A stretch of 43,441 bases of DNA. Origin: Thermoplasmata archaeon. Lineage in GTDB: Archaea > Thermoplasmatota > Thermoplasmata > Lutacidiplasmatales > UBA184. The notes under the pieces are model-generated. The model had not been told where the DNA came from and searched no databases. It saw only the letters and a list, made by a program, of their open reading frames with translations. Positions within the stretch are counted from its first letter, which is position 1, and every line of letters begins with the position of its first letter. The position numbers and the translations under genes are program-made. The DNA lies in assembly GCA_049582265.1 (NCBI GenBank), contig JBAUTP010000099.1, positions 1 to 43,441 of the forward strand. The letters run 5' to 3'. Below, in pieces: positions 18,483 to 26,561 of this stretch.

Positions 18483-18898
18483 GCGACGCGGCATGGCCTG
18501 TGGACCCCGGGCTGTTGTCACGATTCCGTCGCGCGGGCTCCGCGATCCAATGGCGCGTTGCGGGAAGGGCCCAACGCACGAAGGGACGATCGTCCCCGAT
18601 GGACGTCGGTACGATCCGTGTAGCCCATTTGAACGACGAGGAGGCGCGGGTCGTGGTGCGATCTGTCGCCGGCGCGAGGGAGGTGATCACGGATTCGGGA
18701 CCCTTGGGAGCGCTCGTGCTCGTTCTCGAGGTCGATGAACGAGGCATCCCGGGGTCCCTCACCCAGCACTCGGCCCGCGACGTCGCAGGGTTCGATGCGG
18801 GCGCGATCCGCGCTCGCTGGTCGCTCGCAGCGAAGGGGGAAAAGGGAGCCGTGCCGTTGTCCGATATCGTAGCCCTCGCCCGGTATGCGCTGGCCTAG
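18479..18898 (+). CDS. hypothetical protein (139 aa), translationally coupled to the DUF2400 gene
   Basis: The ATG at 18479 overlaps the upstream TGA (ATGA). No recognisable motif. Confidence 0.45.
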   Translation: MSDAAWPVDPGLLSRFRRAGSAIQWRVAGRAQRTKGRSSPMDVGTIRVAHLNDEEARVVVRSVAGAREVITDSGPLGALVLVLEVDERGIPGSLTQHSARDVAGFDAGAIRARWSLAAKGEKGAVPLSDIVALARYALA

Positions 18899-18990
18899 GG
18901 TGGACCGAACCCGCCGCTGGCGCCCCGACGTCCCGGGAGAACGAGGGTGTCCAGCTTAGGTTCTTTACCCCGTCCTTCCTCCCGAAGACT

Positions 18991-19542
18991 GTGCCCATCC
19001 GTTCCAAGGTCGAGTTCGACACGTCGCCGATGCGAGCGAGCTGGGCCGTGCTCGGTCGAAAGTGGACGCTTCCCATTCTCTACGAGGTCGCGATCCGTGG
19101 GACGGTTCGCTTCAATCAGGTGTTGAAGAGCCATCCTCGTCTCACGGGACGCGCCCTAACGAAGCGCCTCGGGGAGCTCGTGAACGAAGGGATCTTGGCG
19201 AGGCGACTCGATAGCGAAGGAAATCCCTACTACGTGCTCACGGACGCGGGCCAGGATGTCTGGCCGATCTTGACCGCGCTCATGAACTTCGGGATCCGAC
19301 GCTATCCCCAGAAGGTGTTCGCGGACCACAAGAAACGCGAGCTTACTGATGTGTACCCGGGCCAGCAGGAACTGATGTTGGGCTCGCTCACCAAGTTCGC
19401 GCAAGCGAAGGCGCCGAAGGCCGCTCCTGCGCCGGTTCGACCGTTGGTCGCCAAGACCCGAGCCAGTGCGACCGCTTCGCCGGTCTCCGCGGAGCCCACT
19501 CCGTCGAGCTCGGCCCCGTCGACGTCCGGATCTTCCCGATAG
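18991..19542 (+). CDS. HxlR family transcriptional regulator with a long Pro/Ala/Ser-rich C-terminal tail
   Basis: 'WAVLGRKWTLPILYEVAIRGTVRFNQVLKSHPRLTGRALTKRLGELVNEGILARR' is a typical HxlR wHTH. About 60-70 extra low-complexity residues sit at the C-terminus. Confidence 0.8.
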   Translation: MPIRSKVEFDTSPMRASWAVLGRKWTLPILYEVAIRGTVRFNQVLKSHPRLTGRALTKRLGELVNEGILARRLDSEGNPYYVLTDAGQDVWPILTALMNFGIRRYPQKVFADHKKRELTDVYPGQQELMLGSLTKFAQAKAPKAAPAPVRPLVAKTRASATASPVSAEPTPSSSAPSTSGSSR

Positions 19543-19546
19543 GTGA

Positions 19547-22324
19547 CTACGAGCAACCGCTCGTCGAGCCGCACACGGTGCAGGCGTAACAGGTGCCCGA
19601 ACGGACCATGATGCCGCCGCAGAGGTAACAGCTGGGGGCGTCCTCGCTGATGCCGCCGCCCGTTCCGGACCCCACGAACGCTTCCAAGGAACGCGTGCCG
19701 AAGGTGGAGGGAGCCACCGGGTCCGACTTCGCGGGCGTCGTGCTGCCGTTCTGCCCATTCGTCTCGCTGTTCCCTTCGAGGCCGATGGCCCTGCGCTCCT
19801 CCTCGGTGAGGAATTCCAGCGCCAGCCAGCGCGCCACGTAGTCAGGGATGGATTTGGCGAAGCGGATCTTCGGGTTGTTGGTCGCTCCCGCCGGCTCGAA
19901 ACGCATGTGGGCGAGCTTCCGTACGAGGTCCTTGAGTGGTACACCATGCTGGAGGGCCATGGACATGGAGATCCCTAACGAATCCATGAGTCCGTTGACG
20001 GTGGACCCTTCCTTCGTGACGAGGAAGAACACTTCGCCGGGGCGGCCATCCGGGTAGAGACCCACGGTCACGTACCCTTTGTGACCACCGACCTGGAAGT
20101 GGTGGGTGATCGCCTTCCGGTCATCGGGAAGCTTCTCACGGATTGGCGCGCGAGCCGCACCCGCGACCCCGGACTTTCCCTTCCCTGTCTCGTAGGGTTG
20201 CGAGGCTTTGCAGCCGTCACGATAGAGTGCGACCGACTTGATGCCCATGCGCCAGGCCTCCAGATAGATCTTCTCGATGTCCTCGACCGTCGCTTCGTTG
20301 GGGAGGTTGATCGTCTTGGATGCGCCGCCGGAGAGGAACGGCTGGACCGCCCCCAACATCCGAAGGTGGCCGGTCGGGGAGATCGTGCGGTTCCCGCCCA
20401 TCGGAGCGAGCGCGCAGTCGAACACCGAGAGATGCTCGGAGGCGAGTCCGGGGGCACCCTCGATCGTTCCGGTCGACTCCATGTAGCGGCTGATCTGGGT
20501 GATCTGTTCGGGGGTATAGCCGAGCGTCACGAGGCCGTCCTCCACGCTTCGGTTGACCATGCGCATCGTGCCGCCGCCGACCAGGTTTTTGATCTTGACG
20601 AGCGAGAGCTCGGGTTCGAGACCCAAGGTGTCGCATCCCATGAGAAGGCCGATGGTCCCGGTCGGAGCGATGACCGAGATCTGGGCGTTGCGGTAGCCCC
20701 ACAATTCCCCCGCCTTCACGGTGTCGCGCCAGCGGTCGACGGCGGCTGTAACGTAGCTCGTGAGTCGAGCATCGTCCGTGGGGATGCGTTCCGACGCGGC
20801 GAGGTGTTTTCCCATCACCCGAAGCATCGGGGAACGATTGCGGTCGAACCCCGGGAACGGACCCATCCGCTTCGCGATCTCCGCGGACATGTGGTATCCT
20901 TCGGCGGAGAGGAAGGCCGAGATCGCCGCGGCGAGGGTCCGGCCCGCATCGGAATCGTACGGAAGACCATAATGCATCGCGAGTGCGCCCAGGTTAGCAT
21001 AGCCCAATCCCAACGGTCGGAAGTCGTGCGAGTTCTGAGCAATGGGGGCGGTCGGATAGCTCGAGGCGTCAACCAGGATCTCCATCGCGAGTGCCATCGT
21101 GCGAACCGCATCGCGGAAGAGCTCGAGGTTGAAGCGGTGCTGACCATCCAAGAACTTGAGGAGGTTGATGGAGGCGAGATTGCACGCGGTATCATCGAGG
21201 AAGAGGTACTCGCTGCAGGGGTTCGACGCGTTGATCCGACCCGACATCGGGGACGTGTGCCAGTCGTTGGTGATATCGTCGAACTGCACTCCGGGGTCTC
21301 CGCATCGCCACGCGGCGTAGGCAAGCTTGCGCCAAAGGTCCCGCGCCTGGAACGTCGCCGCGACCGCATGGTCGGTCCGGTGGTAGGTCTTCCAGGTGCC
21401 TCCCTGCAGAACGGCCTCCATGAACGCGTCCGGAATGCGGACGGAATGGTTCGCGTTCTGGTAGGCGATGGAGGCGTAGGCGGAGTCCGCGTCCGTCCCG
21501 TCGAAATTGGAGGAAAAGCCTTCGCGAATGAGCGCTTGGGCCTTGTCTTCCTCGCGGACCTTGCACTCGATGAAGTCGACGATGTCGGGATGGTCGAGGT
21601 TCAGGATGACCATCTTCGCCGCGCGTCGCGTCGTGCCACCGGATTTGATGACACCGGCCATCGCGTCGAACGCACGCATGAACGAGACTGGTCCCGAGGC
21701 GATTCCCCCGCCGCTGAGTCGTTCGTGGCTCCCGCGTAGCGCGGAGAGGTTGGAGCCCGTGCCACTTCCTCCCTTGAAGAGGCGTCCCTCGCTCGTAGCG
21801 AGCTGAAGGATCGAATCCATGTCGTCCTGGACGGACTGGATGAAGCAGGCAGAACACTGCGGAGGGTGGCGGACACCAACGTTGAACCAGACCGGGCTGT
21901 TGAACGCGGCCATCTGCTGGACCATGAGGTAGCTGAGACTCTCCTCGAGCTGGGTTGATTCTTCGGAGGTATCGAAGTAGCCGAGCTCGAGACCCTTTTC
22001 GGCGATCCAGTGGCAGACGCGCCGGATCATCCCGTCGACGGAGTCCTCGCGCCGGCCGCCGATGACGCGGAAGTACTTCGACGCGGCGATGTTGACCGAA
22101 TTCTCGGACCACGTCGTCGGCGCGCGGATGCCCTTCTGCTCGAAGATGACCTTTCCTTCGGCGTTCTTGATGATCGCGTCATGCAGACGCCAGCTGATGG
22201 TGTCGAAGGCGGTCTTTCCGCGCGGCACCAGGCGCGGAACCGGAATCGGTTCACGACCATTCCTAACGCTGGGGCGTGCGGAATCGTCCGGGGTGATCTG
22301 TGGGCGTTTGCGAGCTACTGCCAT
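19547..22324 (-). CDS. nrdJ: adenosylcobalamin-dependent (class II) ribonucleotide reductase
   Basis: 925 aa. 'NPCSEYLFLDDTACNLASINL' active-site region, 'GGTTRRAAKM', 'GLGYANLG'. C-terminal Cys-rich tail 'CYLCGG...CYACTVCGSTSGCS'. No intein-sized insertion. Confidence 0.9.
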   Translation of the reverse strand: MAVARKRPQITPDDSARPSVRNGREPIPVPRLVPRGKTAFDTISWRLHDAIIKNAEGKVIFEQKGIRAPTTWSENSVNIAASKYFRVIGGRREDSVDGMIRRVCHWIAEKGLELGYFDTSEESTQLEESLSYLMVQQMAAFNSPVWFNVGVRHPPQCSACFIQSVQDDMDSILQLATSEGRLFKGGSGTGSNLSALRGSHERLSGGGIASGPVSFMRAFDAMAGVIKSGGTTRRAAKMVILNLDHPDIVDFIECKVREEDKAQALIREGFSSNFDGTDADSAYASIAYQNANHSVRIPDAFMEAVLQGGTWKTYHRTDHAVAATFQARDLWRKLAYAAWRCGDPGVQFDDITNDWHTSPMSGRINASNPCSEYLFLDDTACNLASINLLKFLDGQHRFNLELFRDAVRTMALAMEILVDASSYPTAPIAQNSHDFRPLGLGYANLGALAMHYGLPYDSDAGRTLAAAISAFLSAEGYHMSAEIAKRMGPFPGFDRNRSPMLRVMGKHLAASERIPTDDARLTSYVTAAVDRWRDTVKAGELWGYRNAQISVIAPTGTIGLLMGCDTLGLEPELSLVKIKNLVGGGTMRMVNRSVEDGLVTLGYTPEQITQISRYMESTGTIEGAPGLASEHLSVFDCALAPMGGNRTISPTGHLRMLGAVQPFLSGGASKTINLPNEATVEDIEKIYLEAWRMGIKSVALYRDGCKASQPYETGKGKSGVAGAARAPIREKLPDDRKAITHHFQVGGHKGYVTVGLYPDGRPGEVFFLVTKEGSTVNGLMDSLGISMSMALQHGVPLKDLVRKLAHMRFEPAGATNNPKIRFAKSIPDYVARWLALEFLTEEERRAIGLEGNSETNGQNGSTTPAKSDPVAPSTFGTRSLEAFVGSGTGGGISEDAPSCYLCGGIMVRSGTCYACTVCGSTSGCS

Positions 22325-22532
22325 GGAACGTGATTCTTCGAGATGCCTCGAGGACGTCGTGTCAACGGGGCAGTGACTTAACCATAGCCCCGCGCCGTAT
22401 GAACCCGGTCCCCGAGGCGATGAAACGGTCCAGTCGAAGAGCCGTCACGAGCGAGGGAGTATGGATCTCGTCGCAGGGTCGGTTGCTCCACCACGGATCG
22501 CTGACCCTCCGGGGGGCGCCAACGCCGTCGCA

Positions 22533-22538
22533 TTATAA
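22533..22538 (-). promoter_or_regulatory. TATA-like box (minus strand GCTTATAATGCG) about 210 nt upstream of the nrdJ ATG
   Basis: This is the only clear A/T hexamer in the 320-nt spacer. It implies a leader of roughly 185 nt. Confidence 0.3.
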
Positions 22539-22643
22539 GCAACGTTGGTCCGACTCGAGCGCGAGGCACGTTTTCGTAGCGCCGGAGTTGCGGAAAAAAC
22601 GTCGCGACGCTACAGCACGCGCGACGATGGGAGAGGAACGTTG

Positions 22644-22835
22644 TCAACCCGACGTTCGCTGAGAATGGACATCCCGTCCTTCGACTTTCGCTTCGGTGGG
22701 AGGAGGGAGTAGCCGCATCGTGCAGGGCATCGTGACCCCGCAATCGCCGCAGAAGAGCCCGTCCTCACTGACCCAAAGGAACTCTCCACAGCGTTCGCAT
22801 TTCCGTGGGTCGTCCGGGTCGTTACGGCACACCAT
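22644..22835 (-). CDS. small zinc-ribbon protein (63 aa)
   Basis: Two CxxC pairs ('CERCGEF...CGDCG'). No other support. Confidence 0.35.
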   Translation of the reverse strand: MVCRNDPDDPRKCERCGEFLWVSEDGLFCGDCGVTMPCTMRLLPPPTEAKVEGRDVHSQRTSG

Positions 22836-22891
22836 CGATCGACCGAGCGCGGGAGCTCTACAAAAGTTCGAAGGTGGAAAGAGAAAGTGTG

Positions 22892-22919
22892 CGGCCCCTC
22901 CCAGAGATGGGAGGGGCCG
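22892..22919 (-). terminator. perfect 12-bp GC-rich hairpin followed (minus strand) by T-rich tracts; terminator of the 71-aa gene
   Basis: CGGCCCCTCCCA-GAGA-TGGGAGGGGCCG lies 20 nt past the stop at 22939. On the minus strand it is followed by CTTTCTCTTTCC...CTTTTG. Confidence 0.55.
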
Positions 22920-22938
22920 AGGGGCGCGTACGACCCGT

Positions 22939-23154
22939 TTAGGCGTTCTTCATCCGGGCCCGTGCAACGTAGCCCTTCTTGTCCAGGAAATACATGTAGC
23001 CGTCCTGGCGCGTCACCTTTTCCGTTCCAACCCTACCCTTTCGTCCCGATTTGTTAAGCTTTGTTGGGGTTTTCCACAGGTATCCATCCTTCCCCAAGTA
23101 GTACAGGTATCCTTTCTCTCGTGTAATCTGCTCTTTTCCGACGCGTTCCGCCAT
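22939..23154 (-). CDS. small, highly basic protein (71 aa) built from two tandem ~22-aa repeats
   Basis: Repeats 'ITREKGYLYYLGKDGYLWKTP' and 'VTRQDGYMYFLDKKGYVARAR'. 11 K plus 7 R against 7 D/E. It has its own TATA-like box and a terminator hairpin, and sits in a locally AT-richer patch. Confidence 0.6.
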   Translation of the reverse strand: MAERVGKEQITREKGYLYYLGKDGYLWKTPTKLNKSGRKGRVGTEKVTRQDGYMYFLDKKGYVARARMKNA

Positions 23155-23191
23155 GTGGGTGGCCCTCTACCGGCGAGAAGGAAATCGCTCC

Positions 23192-23204
23192 TATTTGAAT
23201 TTAG
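23192..23204 (-). promoter_or_regulatory. TATA-like element (minus strand TAAATTCAAATA) 40-50 nt upstream of the 71-aa gene
   Basis: A/T-rich block in the 58-nt spacer between the hutI-like stop and the small gene's start. Confidence 0.35.
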
Positions 23205-23212
23205 GGGCGCAT

Positions 23213-24469
23213 TTACCTCGGAGAAATTCGTATTCCCTGACGATAAACTTCGACCGGAACGACGCCCATACGATAGGCGATGTGCTCGACCGACGGGAGT
23301 TCGAACACTGCCAGGTCGGCCTCCCGACCCGCGGAAATCCGCCCGGCGTGCTCCTCTTCTCCGATCGCATGGGCGGCGTTGATCGTCGCGGCGGTCAACG
23401 CTTCCGCCGGCGTGAGTCGCGCGGAGTAGACGGCGTGGGCCATGACCGTCGGCATGGACTCGACCCATGAGTTCGGACAGAGGTCCGAGCCAAGGGCGAC
23501 GGCAACCCCCGCGTCGATCAACGGGCGCCCGGGGCTCGCGTGCTTCGAAAGGGAAGCGAACGGGGTCACCGGGAGCAGCACCGCCGTAACCCCCGCCTTC
23601 GCCAATCCGTCGAAGTCCGCCGGTGGCGTGGCCAAGAGGTGGTCCGCGGACCGGGCTCCCAGTCGTGAGGCCAAGCGAGCCCCTCCGCTCGGTACGAACT
23701 CGTCCGCGTGGATCTTCGCTCCCAGCCCGTTAGCTCCCGCTTCCCGGAGGATCCGTTCGGACTGGGACGCGGAGAAGAACCCCGGTTCGCAGAACACATC
23801 CGCGAATCGTGCGAGACCCCGACGGGCCACCTCAGGGATGGTTCGTTGCACCATCGCACGAACGTACTCTTCGGGGCGATGGGCGAACTCCGGCGGCCGA
23901 GCGTGGGCTCCCAGAAAGGTCGGAACGAGACGCAATCGAGACCGGCGTTCCAGTTGAGGGATCAGCGAAAGGAGCCGGATTTCTCCCGCGTGCGTGAGAG
24001 CATAGCCGCTCTTGACCTCCGCCGTGGTCGTGCCGTAACTCTGCATTCGATGGAGTCGCCCGAGGGCCTGCGTAAGGAGGTCCGAGGACGCCGCGCGGCG
24101 GGTCGCTCGGACGGTCGAGAAGAGCCCTCCCCCCGACCGCGCGATATCGAGGTAGCTCTTTCCGTCGATCTTCTGGCTCACTTCGGAGCTGCGTTCGCCG
24201 GCAAAGAGGAGATGCGTGTGCGCGTCCACGAAGCCCGGAACGATGACGTGCCCCCGCAGCGACCGACGCTGCCCTCCCCGTCGCAGCGAAACACGGCGTC
24301 CGACCCCTCGACTCGGTCCGACGTAGACGACGCGTCCGGCATCCATCCCGATCGCGGCGTCCGGTATTCGACCGAGCTCTCGCATCCGTGCCCCCGTGCG
24401 AGGCACGGGCCCCCGGTCCAGCGTTGCGACCTCTTCGAGGTCGGTGAGGAGAAGCTCGGCCCGGATCAT
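23213..24469 (-). CDS. hutI: imidazolonepropionase-like amidohydrolase (HutI family)
   Basis: 'GFVDAHTHLLFAG', 'GYALT', 'GLGAKIHADEFVPSGGARLASRLGARSADHL', 'ALGSDLCPNS'. Its start overlaps the rnz stop (ATGA). Confidence 0.75.
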   Translation of the reverse strand: MIRAELLLTDLEEVATLDRGPVPRTGARMRELGRIPDAAIGMDAGRVVYVGPSRGVGRRVSLRRGGQRRSLRGHVIVPGFVDAHTHLLFAGERSSEVSQKIDGKSYLDIARSGGGLFSTVRATRRAASSDLLTQALGRLHRMQSYGTTTAEVKSGYALTHAGEIRLLSLIPQLERRSRLRLVPTFLGAHARPPEFAHRPEEYVRAMVQRTIPEVARRGLARFADVFCEPGFFSASQSERILREAGANGLGAKIHADEFVPSGGARLASRLGARSADHLLATPPADFDGLAKAGVTAVLLPVTPFASLSKHASPGRPLIDAGVAVALGSDLCPNSWVESMPTVMAHAVYSARLTPAEALTAATINAAHAIGEEEHAGRISAGREADLAVFELPSVEHIAYRMGVVPVEVYRQGIRISPR

Positions 24470-25368
24470 AGCTGGCGAATGAGATGGTCAGCGAGGTCCC
24501 GAGCGGCTACTGCCGTCGGAAAGAGCTCGCGCGCCTCCTCCTCCAGCACTTGAACGTCCTTGTAGCGGGAGGAGAAGTGGGTGAGGAACAGTTGCTCCAC
24601 TTCGGCCTCCGCTGCCAGCTGGGCCGCCTGACGCGCGGAGGAATGGCCCCACTGGTTCGCTTCGCCCTCCAGGTCTTTCGCGGTGGTGGCCTCGTGGATC
24701 AGAAGGCTCGCTCGATGGGCGAGCTTCCGAATCGGGTCGCTCGGAGCGCTGTCTCCCGAGTAGACGATCGAACGACCGGACCGCGGTGGTCCCATGACAT
24801 CGGAGGGGTGGATTTCCTGGCCCTGCACGCGCACTGATTCCCCTTTCTCGAGGAGGCGAAAATCCGCGCCCTTGAGGCCGAGCGCGCGACCTCGTTCGGC
24901 ATCGAATCGACCCCGCTTGGGATGCTCCTCGATGCGATAGGCGAGCGCCGGAACCGGATGGTCGGCGGGCGCCGAACGAACTGTGTAGCTGTCGAGCTCG
25001 ACGGACGCCCCGGGAGCGAGCGGATGGACCTCGACCGGAAACCGTTGCGTGAAGTAGCCCAGCTCGAGCACCCGCTGAATCATCCCTTTCGCATCGGGAG
25101 GCCCATAGACGTCGAGAGGGTCGGTTCGGTTGTTGAGGCACATGCTCTGAATGAGCCCGGGGAGACCAAGGAAGTGGTCCCCGTGGAAATGCGTGATGAA
25201 GACGCGGCGGACTTTCATGAACGAGACCGAGGAATGGAAGAACTGTCGCTGGGTCCCTTCGCCGCAGTCCAGGAGAACGAGCTCTCGTTCGGTGTCGAGC
25301 GCAATGGCGCTCGCCGAACGGTCCTTGGTGGGCCAGGAACCTGCGGTTCCCAGGAAGGTGATTTGCAT
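24466..25368 (-). CDS. rnz: ribonuclease Z (tRNA 3' endonuclease), metallo-beta-lactamase fold
   Basis: 'MQITFLGTAGSWPT', 'LLDCGEGTQ', 'ITHFHGDHFLGLPGL', 'HSSARQAA', 'LFLTHFSSRY'. I prefer the start at ATG 25368. Confidence 0.85.
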   Translation of the reverse strand: MQITFLGTAGSWPTKDRSASAIALDTERELVLLDCGEGTQRQFFHSSVSFMKVRRVFITHFHGDHFLGLPGLIQSMCLNNRTDPLDVYGPPDAKGMIQRVLELGYFTQRFPVEVHPLAPGASVELDSYTVRSAPADHPVPALAYRIEEHPKRGRFDAERGRALGLKGADFRLLEKGESVRVQGQEIHPSDVMGPPRSGRSIVYSGDSAPSDPIRKLAHRASLLIHEATTAKDLEGEANQWGHSSARQAAQLAAEAEVEQLFLTHFSSRYKDVQVLEEEARELFPTAVAARDLADHLIRQL

Positions 25369-25454
25369 CGGGTCGACGGAGGCGGAGGCCCGTATTAGTC
25401 CGGTGGAACTCGGGGCCGCCAAGGGATTTAGCGCGATGGTGCGGTGAGCCCGTC

Positions 25455-26561
25455 GTGGTCAATTGGGAGTACGTCGAGGAGAGGCGGTCCCAGGGGTGGG
25501 ACTGGGATCGCATCGCCCGCGACCCCCAGGCGAACTTCCGACCGGAACCTCTTCCCGACCAGCCGGGCGCGTCACTTCGGGCGATCTACTACCGTCGCGA
25601 ACGAGATACGAGGAAGGGACCCGGCGCGGAGGGAGCAACCGGTCCGAACCTCTCCCGACCGCGCCGGTGGACCCTCGCACGAATCGGCTACCTTCTGGCC
25701 CCGTTCTTCTCGGCGTGGTTCGTCCTCGCCTACGTTCTGGCCTCGCCCGTCGGGGTCTACGTTCCGGCGATCCCCCTCTTAGGAATCTTGTGGGCGGTCT
25801 CGGTTTTCCTGCTCGCGTTCGGGTTGTTTCGAGTGCACCCCCGCTGGACACGGTCGTACCGAACATCGCTCTTGGTGGGCTCCGTCGCAGGTCTCGTGGT
25901 GGCCGGCACTCTGGGGGCAGCCGCGTTGGCGCAGGGCTGCCCAGTTCTAACACCCAACACCCAGGCCGCGCCCCAGGGCTGGGTCAAGCTCCCCAACGCG
26001 GCCTGGTCCGTCGACGATCGGGCCGTCGCGTTATTCCTGGGGTCGGTCGCGTGCCCGTACTGTTCCGCCTCGAGCTGGGCCATTTTGGCCGCGCTCAGCA
26101 AGGTCGGCAACGTTTCGGGGACGACGCTCGGTCACTCCACGACCTCGGACGTGTACCCGGCCACTCCCGAGGTGGTCCTCGCGGATGCCCAGTTGTCGAG
26201 CCCCTGGGTCGATCTCGACGTGCGCGAATCCACGAACGCCAACACCATCACGGCACCCACCACGGGCTCGTGTACCGAGCAAGCCTACGTGAGCGCCTAT
26301 GACTTGGATTCGGCCATCCCGTTCCTCGTGATCGGCGGGAGCTACGCGCATACGGGCACATTGGTCGCCCCCGCGCCGCTCGCCGGTCTGACCCCTAGCG
26401 TCGTTCTACCCTCGATCCTCAACGAGACCGGTGCCGCGTGGACGGCCGTCGCCCCGGCGGCGTACTTCCTGATGGCACTCCTCTACACGGTCGACGGGGG
26501 AGAGCCGGTGGCGCTCGCCCAGAACCCGAACGTCGCCGCGGACCTGGCCCAACTGCGTTAG
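25455..26561 (+). CDS. membrane-anchored DUF929 family protein (thioredoxin-like CPYC motif)
   Basis: N-terminal cytoplasmic segment, about 4 TM helices, then 'GSVACPYCSASSWAILAALSKVGN...SSPWVDLDV', which is typical of DUF929. Confidence 0.6.
   Translation: MVNWEYVEERRSQGWDWDRIARDPQANFRPEPLPDQPGASLRAIYYRRERDTRKGPGAEGATGPNLSRPRRWTLARIGYLLAPFFSAWFVLAYVLASPVGVYVPAIPLLGILWAVSVFLLAFGLFRVHPRWTRSYRTSLLVGSVAGLVVAGTLGAAALAQGCPVLTPNTQAAPQGWVKLPNAAWSVDDRAVALFLGSVACPYCSASSWAILAALSKVGNVSGTTLGHSTTSDVYPATPEVVLADAQLSSPWVDLDVRESTNANTITAPTTGSCTEQAYVSAYDLDSAIPFLVIGGSYAHTGTLVAPAPLAGLTPSVVLPSILNETGAAWTAVAPAAYFLMALLYTVDGGEPVALAQNPNVAADLAQLR

Noticed and set aside
20081-21739. 552-aa ORF on the plus strand
   Set aside because: It is antisense to nrdJ, whose translation shows unmistakable class II RNR motifs. 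It is a shadow ORF.
22325-22643. Cobalamin riboswitch upstream of nrdJ
   Set aside because: I could not find the B12 box or the conserved GGGAA/GCCACUG-type core on the minus strand, only vague resemblance ('GUCACUGCCCC'). I kept it as an unexplained long leader, not a riboswitch call.
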